The notes under the pieces: model-generated
The model's database searches: none
Told to the model about the DNA's origin: nothing
The model's input: only the letters and a program-made list of their open reading frames with translations
Program-made: the position numbers and the translations under genes
DNA from: Macrostomum lignano
Taxonomy: Eukaryota
Reading direction: 5' to 3'
Assembly (NCBI GenBank): GCA_002269645.1
Contig: NIVC01000764.1
Coordinates: 1-64,000, forward strand
DNA length: 64,000 bases
Shown here: piece by piece, positions 51,529-64,000 of the stretch
How positions within the stretch are numbered: the first letter of the stretch is position 1
Layout of the letters: each line of letters begins with the position of its first letter

Positions 51529-54500
51529 ATGGCCGCCGAACCCGAGGAGAACTCTCCGACAGGCCAAAGCTCGGCCGGCTCCCAGCCAGGCGCGGTGACA
51601 AGCCTGCTCTTGGACTGCCTGATGAAAAGTTCGGTCCGCGGTTTGCCGAGAATTTTTAGCACCAATTCAAAAGCGCTAAAATTGCTATGGTCCTGCAGCG
51701 TGTTGGCCTTCTTCAGCCTGATGGTGTTCAACATCTACAGGATCGCGGTGGTGTACCGGCGGGGCGACGTGGTCATCGCGCTGAAGCCCCTGCTGCCAAG
51801 GCCGCCGTTTCCCAGTCTGACCGTCTGCGACTCAAGGTGAGCTCAAGGCTTATGACCGTAGCTAAATGTATGAGCAGTTTGAATGGCTGTAGCTCAATCT
51901 ATGACCAGTTAGAATGACCGTAGCTAAATCTATGACCAGTTTGTATGACCGTAGCTAAATTTATGACCAGTTTGAATGACTGTAGCTAAATCTATGACCA
52001 GTTTGAATGACCGTAGCTAAATCTATGACTAGTTTTAATGACCGTAGCTAAATCTATGACCAGTTTGAATGACCGTAGCTAAATGTATGACCAGTTTGTA
52101 TGACCGTAGCTAAATCTATGACCAGTTTGAATGACCGTAGCTAAATGTATGACCAGTTTGTATGACCGTAGCTAAATTTATGACCAGTTTGAATGACTGT
52201 AGCTAAATCTATGACCAGTTTGAATGACCGTAGCTAAATGTATGACCAGTTTGAATGACCGTAGCTAAATCTATGACCAGTTTGAATGACCGTAGCTAAA
52301 TGTATGACCAGTTTGTATGACCGTAGCTAAATGTATGACCAGTTTAAATGACTGTAGCTAAATCTATGACCAGTTTGAATGACTGTAGCTAAATCTATGA
52401 CCAGTTTGAATGACCGTAGCTAAATTTATTACCAGTTTGAATGACCGTAGCTAAATTTATTACCAGTTTGAATGACTGTAGCTAAATCTATGACCAGTTT
52501 GAATGACTGTAGCTAAATCTATGACCAGTTTGAATGACCGTAGCTAAATTTATGACCAGTTTGAATGACCGTAGCTAAATTTATGACCAGTTTGAATGAC
52601 CGTAGCTAAATTTATTACCAGTTTGAATGACTGTTGCTAAATCTATGACCAGTTTGAATGACTGTAGCTAAATGTATGACCAGTTTAAATGACCGTAGCT
52701 CAATCTATGACCAGTTTGAATGACCGTAGCTAAATTTATGACCAGTTTGAATGACTTTAGCTAAATCTATGACCAGTTTGAATGACCGTAGCTAAATGTA
52801 TGACCAGTTTGAATGACCGTAGCTAAATGTATGACCAGTTTGAATGACCGTAGCTAAATTTATTACCAGTTTGAATGACCGTAGCTAAATCTATGACCAG
52901 TTTGAATGACCGTAGCTAAATGTATGACCAGTTTGAAAGACCGTAGCTAAATTTATTACCAGTTTGAATGACTGTAGCTAAATCTATGACCAGTTTGAAT
53001 GACCGTAGCTAAATGTATGACCAGTTTGAATGACTGTAGCTAAATCTATGACCAGTTTGAATGACCGTAGCTAAGTCTATGACCAGTTTGAATGACTGTA
53101 GCTAAATCTATGACCAGTTTGAATGACCGTAGCTAAATGTATGACCAGTTTGAATGACCGTAGCTAAATCTATGACCAGTTTGAATGACCGTTGCTAAAT
53201 CTATGACCAGTTTATTAATCGGATCAATCAATCTAAGCACCCAATCTGAGCACTCTGAGCACTGCAGCAGCCCGAGTCACCAACCCCCCCCCAGCCCGAT
53301 GCCCTATCTGGGCATGCAACGCCTGTCGCTAACGCCCCGAGCCTACACCAGGCGCATCAAGCAGCTGTCAAAATCTGGCAATGAGCCTGTGGCTCCCCAC
53401 CTGCTCAGCGAGTTGCTCACTCCCGCTACCTACCACGAGCACCTGCCAGGGCAGCAGCTGCTGGCTGTGGCGGCAGACAGCGAGCTGGTGCTGCTGGAGA
53501 GCTGCCAAGTTCAGCTGGCCGACGAGCACCATCTGGGTCGGATCCGCAGCGAGCCGTGCCGCCTGGCAACTAGGGCCAGGGTCCCCGGCTACGTCGCCTG
53601 CACGACCGTCGAGGTGCCCAGGGAGAGCAGCCAGCACGCGTGCACAATGAAGCTGCACCTGCTGCTGGACTCGGAGACCGACCCGCTGCGCTGCGGCAAG
53701 TGCATCGACGAGCACGTTGAGTCGCTCAAAACCGGAGCCATCGCCTACCTGCACGAGGCCGGCGGGCATCCGGTGGACATCAGCGACGGTGTGCGGCTGT
53801 CGCCGGGGACGCAGAGCTTCATCCACATCAAGGCGACTCTGTCCGAGCACCAGCGCTGCGCAAAGGATGCGCCGATGCGACTTCGCCTAAAACCGACGCG
53901 GCTGCAGCCGGCGCACTCCGTGAAGTACTCCAGGCCGCTGTGCCACTCGCTGTTCCGACAGAAACTGCGTCGGAGCTCCTGCGGCTGCGTGATGCCCTGG
54001 GAGCCGCTGCCAGACGATGGTGAGGATGGCAACAACAGCAGCAGCAGCAGCAGTAGTGACACCAACGACACCTGGCAGTCGCTGCCGCCCTGCCGGCTGC
54101 AGGACCTGGACCGACCGCAGCTGAACGTCACGCTGATGAGCTGCGCGGCCGGCCTGTGGGAGGCAGCGGCGGACGGCAATGCTGACGTTGATAACGACGG
54201 CGGCGAGGGCGACAGGATGCCGCCGATAGTCGACAGGGCCTGTCCGAGGCCATGCAGTCAGGCAAGTTTGTCGAGGGGGGTCATATGCGATGACGTCATT
54301 TGATGCTTTGCTTCGAAAGGATCTACCGCTTCTTAAGTTTCAGTCTTCAATTGAAAAGTTGCAGGGCTGCCGCACAACAAGGCGGTGTAGTCGGCTGGAA
54401 AACCACAGAGGGGATGCCAGCTTGCAGGGGCGTCGCCATGGATTTTATGGTGTCGGGGGGGGGGGACAAAGTCAAGAATTATACATAAGCATTATTTTGC

Positions 54501-56078
54501 CGCAGGCACTCATTCTAGCGCCGCAGGCACTCATTTTAGCGCCGCAGGCACTCATTTTAGCGCCACAGGCACTCATTTTTGGTGCTGCAGGCACTCATTT
54601 TGGTGCTGCAGGCACTTATTTTAGCGCCGCAGGCACTCATTTTAGCGCCACAGGCACTCATTTTAGCGCCACAGGAACTCATTTTAGCGCCGCAGGCACT
54701 CATTTTAGCGCCGCAGGCACTCCATTTAGCGCCACAGGCACTCATTTTAGCGCCTTAGGCACTCATTTTGGCGCCACAGGCACTCATTTTAGCGCCTTAG
54801 ACACTCATTTTGGCGCCACAGGCACTCATTTTGGCGCCACAGGCACTCATTTTGGCGCCACAGGCACTCATATTAGTGCCGCAGGCACTCATATTAGCGC
54901 CGCAGGCCCTCATTTTAGCGCCGCAGGCACTCATTTTAGCGCCGCAAGTACCATTTTAGCGCCGCAGGCACTCCATTTAGCGCCACAGGAACTCATTTTA
55001 GCGCCGCAGGCACTCTATTTAGCGCCACAGGCACTCATTTTGGCGCCACAGGCACTCATTTTGGCGCCACAGGCACTCATATTAGTGCCGCAGGCACTCA
55101 TATTAGCGCCGCAGGCCCTCATTTTCTTCAAGTTTTCGATTGCAGTTCGTTTTGATCTGACGGTTTGATTTGGGCTGCACTCATTGTTGGTCAGGTCAGC
55201 TTCACCGTGGCCCGAAGCGAGGCGCGCGGAATTGACGCCAATTCGGCGCTGGACATTTTCGAGCGCTACGTGTTCAACACCAGCGCATTTTGGCGCCTGC
55301 GCGACCGGCTGTCGCAGTACGAGGCGGCCCTGCGGCTCCGACAGGCCGGCAGAGATGATGAGGCGCGCAGCCTCCTGGCCAACAGCTCCTATCTGCAGGT
55401 TTTGATGGTTGCATATTGTTATCGAGCATTCATTGCATTGTGTGTGCAGATGCATACAGAGATTTTTGACACCCTAGTAGCAACCACTGACACCCATTTA
55501 GCATCCCATTTAGGATCCCTGACACTCATTAAGGATCCTTGACACCCATTTAGGATCCCTGACACCCATTTAGCATCCCTGACACCCATCTAGGATCCCT
55601 GACGCCCATTTAGCATCCCTGACGCCCATTTAGCATCCCTGACGCCCATCTAGGACCCCTGACGCCCATTTAGGATCCCTGACGCCCATTTAGGATCCCT
55701 GCTGACGCCCATTTAGGATCCCTGACGCCCATTCCTGACCCCGCGCCAAATTCTCAGAACAACCTGATCAGCATGACGCTGCAGTTCAACTCACGCCAGG
55801 CCAAGCGAGTATCCGAGAATTACATTCTTGGCCTCGCAGCCTTTGTCAGCCAGATTGGCGGCCTGCTGTCCCTGTTCAGCGGCATCACGGTCATCTGCGT
55901 CACAGAGATCGCCGAGCTACTTTGGCTGGTTGCTAAGCACGCTCTGACTTGCGGATCCAGCAGTGGCGATGGCAAGAATAATAACGACGAATCATCGTAT
56001 AGGAGATCAAAAGCTGAAGAGGAGTCGAGATCAGCGAGTCGAGTCAACAAAGCTCCGCAGGCTGCTGTTATAGTGTAA
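51529..56078 (+). CDS. DEG/ENaC (amiloride-sensitive sodium channel family) subunit, ~608 aa, 4 exons (51529-51836, 53268 or 53271-54261, 55195-55398, 55758-56078)
   Basis: Pre-TM1 SSVRGLPRI, hydrophobic TM1, FPSLTVC, Cys-rich thumb (YSRPLC...CGC...CPRPC), TM2 QIGGLLSLFSGITVICVTEIAEL. Exon phases are consistent. Intron 2 has a GC donor. Confidence 0.85.
51850..53215. repeat. 31-bp minisatellite (ATGACCAGTTTGAATGACCGTAGCTAAATCT), ~44 copies, in ENaC intron 1
   Basis: Fills almost the whole intron. Confidence 0.97.
54495..55125. repeat. 21-bp minisatellite (GCAGGCACTCATTTTAGCGCC), in ENaC intron 2
   Basis: About 30 copies. Confidence 0.95.
55480..55740. repeat. 20-bp minisatellite (CCCTGACACCCATTTAGGAT), in ENaC intron 3
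   Basis: About 12 copies ending just before the acceptor at 55757. Confidence 0.92.
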
Positions 56079-56572
56079 ATTAATATATGAATGAAACTCA
56101 CAATTACAGCAGTGTACGACTTGCAGGCATATTTTCAGCAGCATAAGAGATACAGTTAATAATTGTTGGCAATTTTTTTTCGGCTCGCATTAAAAATCGA
56201 GTGTGTATAAGCTCATGTACGCGCCATTACATGATTGCATTAAGTATTCAGGTCAGAATTTTTTACGTACGTAATGAGACTTGCTACTAATCTCTGAGTG
56301 TATTGATTTTTATAGAAATTGCACAATTTCAATAGCTAAGTTAAAAAAACTAGTTAATTATTCATAAAACGTTTGCGTTCTGTAGTTGAAAATTACTGGT
56401 ACATGCGTGCAGCTACCTAGCTACTCGTATATCTTTAGGCTACGAACAAATTCTTCTAATTCTCCAATTTACATTCATATACAATGTTATACGTTTAACT
56501 AGCCTGGCGCTCCGTATAGTACATGGTACATGTACAGCACACATATTACATGTACAATTCTATATACACATA

Positions 56573-57873
56573 CCGGGTGTCCGGATTGAACGGAAACGCT
56601 GCTTAAAACGTCGTTAATTACGTAATCTTTCGCAAAATTCAAAATTTTGCATGGGTGTCAGAACCAGCAGAAATCACAGAATTTAATACATCCACTCTTG
56701 CAGCTTTATTCCTAACCATGGCTGAGCACAAGGCTCAAAGACGAGCAATCGCTGAATTACTTTGCGCTGGAAAGTCAACTAGCGACATCAGAGAAGTGCT
56801 CAATGTGAGCAGAAAGAGGATTTTCACTGTGAGGAAGCTGCTGAACGACACAGGAGATGTCACCAAAAGGCATGGGGGTGGTCGTCCGAGGACAAAAAGG
56901 ACGAAGAAGACCGTCGCAGCCGTCCGGGCGAAGGTCAACCGAAATCCCGAAGGTCGATTCGCCGACTGGCACGTGAGCACGACATGAGCAAGACGACAAT
57001 GTCGGAGCTCGTCAAAGAAGACCTCGGCATGGTGTCCAGGGTGGTGGTGCCGAAGAACCTCATCACTTCGAAGCAGAAGGTATCGCGTCTCAAGCGGTGC
57101 AGGCAGTTGCTCACGTGGGTGAAGAACCACGGCTCGCTGGTGCGCGTGTTCAGCGACGAGAAACTGTTCACCTGTGACCAAGCTGTGAACAGGCGCAACA
57201 CTCGCTACATCAGCGCCGCCAGCAGCGCGGACACACCTGCCCACGTGAAGTACAGTATGAAGTCTAAGCACCCGGCCTCCATCATGATGCTGGGCGTCGT
57301 TGCGAGTGATGGACGGAGGTGTCCCCCCATTTTCATCAACCCAGGCACCAAAGTGAATGCTGCATGCTACCAGCAGCTGCTGCAGCAGCACGTGCTGCCT
57401 TGGCTGCGTCAGCAGTACCCTGATGGACAGTACGTGTGGCAGCAGGACGGTGCTCCGGCTCACACAGCGGCCACAACCCAGCAGTTCTTGGCAGACAACA
57501 TGGCGAACTTCTGGCCGAAGACGATGTGGCCGCCCTCCAGTCCGGACCTGAATCCGCTGGACTTCTCAATCTGGCAGCGTGTGGAGAGCGAGGCCTGCAG
57601 ATCCTACCACAGCAGTGTGGAAGCGCTGCAGGCTGCTGTTTGGCTGGCGTGGGAGAGAATGGACACCAACTATGTGAGGAAGGTGTGCCAGCAGTTCAGG
57701 AAGAGGCTGGAGCGCGTGATCGCGGCCAATGGCGGCCATTTTGAATGAGAACAATGCTGACACCTTCCTGTTTACTGTTGTCAAAAATAAATGGTACAGC
57801 TGCTTGTCTTGCTGAGAAATTGCAAAAAATATTCAAAAAATCAGCAGCGTTTCCGTTCAATCCGGACACCCGG
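56573..57873 (+). mobile_element. Full-length 1301-bp DD37D (maT family) Tc1/mariner transposon
   Basis: Perfect 31-bp TIRs CCGGGTGTCCGGATTGAACGGAAACGCTGCT (56573-56603 and 57843-57873). TA target duplications at 56571-72 and 57874-75. Internal transposase. Confidence 0.95.
56718..57748 (+). CDS. DD37D transposase, ~343 aa, one -1 frameshift at the C-run 56946-56948
   Basis: N-terminal HTH region plus GGGRPR, then VFSDEKLF, WQQDGAPAH and SPDLNPLD. There are 37 residues between the 2nd and 3rd Asp. Adding one C gives RNPRRSIRRLAREHDMSK. Confidence 0.9.
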
Positions 57874-58403
57874 TATTATGTTAGTTAATTGAGATTTATT
57901 TGGTACGAAATCTATTGCTTATTAACAAAAGTATGTCGCATATACACGCTTAATTTTAACCGTTTTAAAATATTAAATAAGTAACTTTATATTTTAATTC
58001 GTAACTTCAAGAACATACAGTGCAACATTTTCAGGACTTTAGCATATTTTACAGGTATCAACAGAATGGCAATCCGGAATTTGGCAAAAGAGTATGGGAA
58101 TATTGTTCCATAAAATACTATTACACATTACTGGTTACACATTATTGTGAATTAATAAGCTTTTGATACGAGCTCCTAAATAAAATCCACGGATCTTGTC
58201 TTATTTTATCTTATTTTACTGTTTTAATCAAATGCTATCTTACGTCATTTTTAAATCAATTACATTCAAGGAATTGCACAAGAAAGCGTAAGCTACCGAC
58301 GCGATAATTATAAAAATAACGAAAAAGTATATATGCGACAATAAAGCTAAAGTTTGCTGATTTTTTCGTCTTAAAAACAAACAATCGATTTATTCTTTTA
58401 TTT

Positions 58404-61400
58404 ATGGCTGAGGTAAGTTCTTTAAAAATGCAGATTAGTAAATTATATACACTTACCTCTGCAGCTCTGCTATTCTGTTCTTTTGAGGCTATGTTTCTGA
58501 AAAATTATTAATTTACTCAAGAAGTTCACCCAGTTGCAAGAATAATTCCTATATTCAAAAGGAATTAGAGGAGGAATTAAATGTCAACACAAAATAATTT
58601 TCTAACATTCAAGGCACTTTTAGCTTTTTAATCAATCTCATCCTTTTTATATTTATTTATTATTGTCCTTCTGTTGGATTATTTCTTCTGTTTGTTATTT
58701 TAATCAAAATATTTTTATCTTTTAGCAATAATTAATTGAAACACTATAAAAACATTTAGTAAAAGTTAAAGACTGTGTTTGCATAAAGACCTTTTTTATT
58801 CAATAAAGATAATGACAAAGATTCTATGGAAAAAATTGTAAACAATTTTTGTTTGGCTTTAAAAAAGCATAGCTAAATAATATCTGCAATTTCAACAAAT
58901 ACGACTATATTTTTGTCAAAATTATTTAGAGACTTGTTTTGGCTACCTCATTTTAGACTAGCTTCAGAATAGCACAACTAAATTATATACCTTATATATT
59001 TAGTGTAAGTTAAATAAATAGAAATGTATTTATATCAATAATTTTAACTAGTTTCCATGGAACAAAGCTTTTTTGCTCTGATTTGTTCCATATATATTAA
59101 ATAAATATAAAGCTTACCATTTTTAGAGGCGCGGTGATTCTCGCTTAAGCAAAAGGCTTGCTTGGCTGCTCCGACATGGCGCCACTGAGCAAGGCTTCAA
59201 GTTCATCGATGGCTGCTACCTCAATGTGGCTGACGTTCTTGCGCATCAACAATTCCGAGGGTATACATTGGATGACATTCAAAGGTTTGTTGGCCACACT
59301 GACCTATGGATGCCCAACCTGACTGACCTACTTCCATTCTGATCCTCTAACACCTTGACACACTTCCATTCTGATCCTGATCGGACACATTGACCCACTT
59401 CCATTCTGATCCTCGGACACCTTGACCCACTTCCATTCTGATCCTGATCGGACACCTTGACCCACTTCCATTCTGATCCTCGGACACCTTGACCCACTTC
59501 CATTCTGATCCTCGGACACCTTGACCCACTTCCGGACAACTTGACCCTCGGAATTCCATGCTGACCCTGACCCTTTGACCCACGTCAAGCCTGACCCTCG
59601 AGCACTTTGACCTATATCGCAGAGTTGTGTCAACAAACAGCAAGAAGCGCTTCGAGCTGCGGTCAGCAGATGACGGCGCGTTGCAAATCCGAGCAGTGCA
59701 GGGCCACTCCATCAAGGAGGTGGACGGCCTCGACCTGCAGCCAATAACAGCTGACAACTGTCACCAGTTCCCGGTTGCGGTGCACGGCACGTACATGAGG
59801 CACTGGCGAAGTATTTCTGCGCAGGGTCTGAGCCGGATGAACAGGACCCACATCCACTTTGCCGTCAGTAGCGAGGCTGGCGGCTCTGATGGGGGGGCCA
59901 TCTCCGGGCTGAGGCAGTCGGCCGATGTGCTGATCTTCGTTGACCTGCCAAAAGCGCTGGCTGGTGAGCTCGGTTGGGTGATGCAGGAGAGGAGAGACTG
60001 ATGCAGCTGGGTGAGACTGGATTCAAGAGACTGATGCAGCTGGGTGAGACTGGATTCAAGAGACTGATGCAGCTGGGTGAGACTGGATTCAAGAGACTGA
60101 TGCAGCTGGGTGAGACTGGATTCAAGAGACTGATGCAGCTGGGTGAGACTGGATTCAAGAGACTGATGCAGCTGGGTGAGACTGGATTCAAGAGACTGAT
60201 GCAGCTGGGTGAGACTGGATTCAAGAGACTGATGCAGCTGGGTGAGACTGGATTCAAGAGACTGATGCAGCTGGGTGAGACTGGATTCAAGAGACTGATG
60301 CAGCTGGGTGAGACTGGATTCAAGAGACTGATGCAGCTGGGTGAGACTGGATTCAAGAGACTGATGCAGCTGGGTGAGACTGGATTCAAGAGACTGATGC
60401 AGCTGGGTGAGACTGGATTCAAGAGACTGATGCAGCTGGGTGAGACTGGATTCAAGAGACTGATGCAGCTGGGTGAGACTGGATTCAAGAGACTGATGCA
60501 GCTGGGTGAGACTGGATTCAAGAGACTGATGCAGCTGGGTGAGACTGGATTCAAGAGACTGATGCAGCTGGGTGAGACTGGATTCAAGAGACTGATGCAG
60601 CTGGGTGAGACTGGATTCAAGAGACTGATGCAGCTGGGTGAGACTGGATTCAAGAGACTGATGCAGCTGGGTGAGACTGGATTCAAGAGACTGATGCAGC
60701 TGGGTGAGACTGGATTCAAGAGACTGATGCAGGGGTGGAGAACGTGGATTCAAGAGACTGATGCAGGGGTGAGACTGGATTCAAGGGACTGATGCAGCTG
60801 GGTGAGACTGGATTCAAGAGACTGATGCAGCTGGGTGAGACTGGATTCAAGAGACTGATGCAGGGGTGGAGAACGTGGATTCAAGAGACTGATGCAGCTG
60901 GATGAGACTGGATTCAAGAGACTGATGCAGCTGGGTGAGACTGGATTCAAGAGACTGATGCAGGGGTGAGACTGGATTCAAGAGACTGATGCAGGGGTGA
61001 GACTGGATTCAAGAGACTGATGCAGGGGTGGAGAACGTGGATTCAAGAGACTGATGCAGCTGGATGAGACTGGATTCAAGAGACTGATGCAGCTGGGTGA
61101 GACTGGATTCAAGAGACTGATGCAGGGGTGAGACTGGATTCAAGAGACTGATGCAGGGGTGGAGAACGTGGATTCAAGAGACTGATGCAGCTGGATGAGA
61201 CTGGATTCAAGAGACTGATGCAGCTGGGTGAGACTGGATTCAAGAGACTGATGCAGGGGTGGAGAACGTGGATTCAAGAGACTGATGCAGGGGTGAGACT
61301 GGATTCAAGAGACTGATGCAGGGGTGGAGAACCTGGATTCAAGAGACTGATGCAGCTGGGTGAGACTGGATTCAAGAGACTGATGCAGGGGTGGAGAACC

Positions 61401-61920
61401 TGGATTCAAGAGACTGATGCAGGAGTGAAACTTGATTTGAGGCTGGGAGTCGAAACAACAGCTCCAACAGTAGCGGATCCAGAAAATTTTGAACGGGGGG
61501 CACAGACTACTAAGGTACATGCATATATATTCATATCATGTCCAAGTATATGTACATGATAATGTGTATTTTCCATTTACAAAATAAAAAAAACAAACTC
61601 AACGGGGGGGGGGCGCCCTGTGCGCCCCCCTCTAAATCCGCTACTGAGCTCCAACGGCTTCTTCAATCCTTCAGACGGTTTCAAATTCTGCGTGTCCCGC
61701 AACAGTGTGATTCTGTGCGAGGGTGACGACACGGGCCATCTGCCACCCGCCTACTTCAAGGAGGTCTGGAAGCTCAAGCCGTGTAAGTCTTTGTGACAGA
61801 TCGGTTGGCTTTTCGAAGCTAATTTATACCTGTAATATAAGACTAAGTTAACAAATTTATAACGCTTTATTGATTTCAGATCGACTGTTGATATTTGCTG
61901 ACGGAAGGCCTCAAGAATGA
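58404..61920 (+). CDS. TRPT1: tRNA 2'-phosphotransferase (Tpt1/KptA), ~218 aa, exons 58404-58412 (predicted), 59127-59284, 59623-59963, 61675-61782, 61880-61920
   Basis: LSKRLAWLLRHGA, NSKKRF, IRAVQGHS, VHGT, RTHIHF and VSRNSVILCEG motifs. Phases are consistent. The 9-nt first coding exon is inferred from ATGGCTGAG|GTAAGT. Confidence 0.92.
59330..59580. repeat. 32-36-bp minisatellite in TRPT1 intron 2
   Basis: CCTTGACCCACTTCCATTCTGATCCTCGGACA-like, ~6 copies. Confidence 0.85.
59995..61430. repeat. 33-bp minisatellite (CTGATGCAGCTGGGTGAGACTGGATTCAAGAGA), ~43 copies, in TRPT1 intron 3
   Basis: The first ~22 copies are identical, then variant units appear. Confidence 0.97.
61468..61646. mobile_element. 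179-bp non-autonomous hAT-type MITE
   Basis: TIRs CAGTAGCGGAT... / ...ATCCGCTACTG, flanked by a perfect 8-bp target-site duplication AGCTCCAA (61460-61467 and 61647-61654). Confidence 0.88.
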
Positions 61921-62299
61921 AATACGAATCTCTGCATACTAATATATGCATACAGTATATAAATTAAATGAAAAGATGCGTTTCTTGCAATTGTTACCTA
62001 AAGTAGCGTTATACGAGTAGTACATGTAACTGCAATTAATTTACAAAATTTTTCTTTCATTGATTTTTTCATCATAGGAAAGTCACTTCTGACAGGAACA
62101 CGCGATCTGCTTTTGTCGTCTATAATTGCTAATTTTTTACGCAAGAATGCTCACTTGCAATTCACTGTCGATTTTGTGCCCGCTGTGCATACATGCAGCT
62201 GAGACTGCTCCGGCCCATGTTTATATGAATATACATACATGGCTGATCTGATATGATCTGAGCCACCATTATGTAAAGCTAATGGACTTTTAAGTTTCT

Positions 62300-63315
62300 G
62301 TGGCCCAGCAACTGAGGATCTGGGAGGCTGGTCCAGCTAACCGAGGATTTGGGCGGCTGGCCCAGCAACTGAGGATCTGGGAGGCTGGCACAGCAACTGA
62401 GGATCTGGGAGGCTGGCACAGCAACTGAGCATCTGGGAGGCTGGCCCAGCAACTGAGGATCTGGGAGGCTGGCACAGCAACTGAGGATCTGGGAGGCTGG
62501 CACAACAACTGAGGATCTGGGAGGCTGGCACAGCAACTGAGGATCTGGGAGGCTGGCACAGCAACTGAGGATCTGGGAGGCTGGCACAGCAACTGAGGAT
62601 CTGGGAGGCTGGCACAACAACTGAGGATCTGGGAGGCTTGTCCAGCAACTGAGGATCTGGGAGGCTGGCACAGCAACTGAGGATCTGGGAGGCTGGCCCA
62701 GCAACTGAGGATCTGGGAGGCTGGTCCAGCAACTGAGGATCTGGGAGGCTGGCCCAGAAACTGACACTCTGGGAGGCTGGCACAGCAACTGAGGATCTGG
62801 GAAGCTGGCTCAGCAACTGAGGATCTGGGAGGCTGGCTCAGCAACTGAGGATCTGGGAGGCTGGCCCAGCAATGAGGATCTGGGAGGCTGGCCCAGCAAC
62901 TGAGGATCTGGGAGGCTGGCCCAGCAACTGAGGATCTGGGAGGCTGGCCCAGCAACTGAGGATCTGGGAGGCTGGCACAGCAACTGAGGATCTGGGAGGC
63001 TGGCCCAGCAACTGAGGATCTGGGAGGCTGGCCCAGCAACTGAGGATCTGGGAGGCTGGCCCAGCAACTGAGGATCTGGGAGGCTGGCACAGCAACTGAG
63101 GATCTGGGAGGCTGGCTCAGCAACTGAGGATCTGGGAGGCTGGCCCAGCAACTGAGGATCTGGGAGGCTGGTCCAGCAACTGAGGATCTGGGAGGCTGGC
63201 TCAGCAACTGAGGATCTGGGAGGCTGGCCCAGCAATGAGGATCTGGGAGGCTGGCCCAGCTAACCGATGATTTGGGCGGCTGGCCCAGCAACTGAGGATC
63301 TGGGAGGCTGGCAGC
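62300..63315. repeat. 28-bp minisatellite (GGCCCAGCAACTGAGGATCTGGGAGGCT), ~36 copies
   Basis: Visible periodicity. Confidence 0.96.
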
Positions 63316-64000
63316 TCAGCGATTAACAACTATTAAAGTAGCGAAGACAGACAATGCAGTGATAAAATATCTTTACTGACAGTAGAGCTTTATGCGTATA
63401 TGTGGCATATTATATAAATTCATATATATATTTATATATTAAATAACAGACGAGCCCAATGAAAGCGGGTTAAAAATTGCGGAGCAAATTAAAACAAACT
63501 AAACAATCAGTTGCACTTGCAATTAAACAATTTAATTAGTAAAGGTGGGAGAGCCCCGAAGTAAATTCACAAACTTTACAAGCTGATCACAAATTAGTGG
63601 TTTGGGTGAAACTAATAATTATTATAACAATTAGTCTATTGGGGTTAGTGTAACTATTTTTATATCAACTTCATTGCACGGGGCTGCAATGTGTGTCCTT
63701 TCTATAAATCTGATAAATAAGCGACAAAACTGAGTTTCTGAGAACGGCCTGCACAGACAACCGGGTATATCATTAATAATTAATAAAATTAATATATTCG
63801 TATCATGAATATATATAACCGGCTTAAATTTTATTGTAATTAATAGTTTTCCCATATACAAGTATATAGCAACCATCCTTAGCAGCGATAACTCCGGAAT
63901 AAACCATCACTAATTAAGCGAGTCAACACACAGACGAATGGCAAAAGGCAAATGGCAGCAATTCGGGAACAGCAGGTGCGCCGCGCGATTGCAGGGAAAT

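Noticed and set aside
54425-54480. CAGGGGCGTCGCCA...G-tract, resembling a MITE left end
   Set aside because: No matching right TIR or TSD was found.
59761-60792. Stop-free ORFs on both strands of the 33-bp array
   Set aside because: The unit length is a multiple of 3, and the array lies inside a TRPT1 intron.

Overview
This is eukaryotic, repeat-rich genomic DNA: GC-rich exons, AT-rich intergenic DNA, spliceosomal introns and no prokaryotic features. The style best fits a free-living flatworm such as Macrostomum (inference, not checked). Genes reconstructed by hand: (1) a 5'-truncated, intronless VLIG/GVIN1-URGCP-type very large GTPase broken by five single-base homopolymer deletions; (2) a divergent HINT (HIT family) hydrolase with a hydrophobic leader; (3) a 3-exon beta-tubulin; (4) an orphan ~410-aa single-exon protein; (5) a 25-exon, ~26-kb phospholipase C-beta on the minus strand; (6) a 4-exon DEG/ENaC channel; (7) a 5-exon tRNA 2'-phosphotransferase (TRPT1). 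Mobile DNA: a full-length DD37D (maT) transposon with perfect 31-bp TIRs and TA TSD, a hAT-type MITE with an 8-bp TSD, and Tc1, LINE, LTR-retroelement and tRNA-like SINE remnants. The most striking structure is that many introns are near-minimal introns inflated by their own private micro/minisatellite. Several arrays have higher-order organisation and some units carry splice-site-like motifs. Most long ORFs in the supplied track are artefacts of these arrays. I found no convincing novel multi-gene system; the findings are candidates for follow-up.
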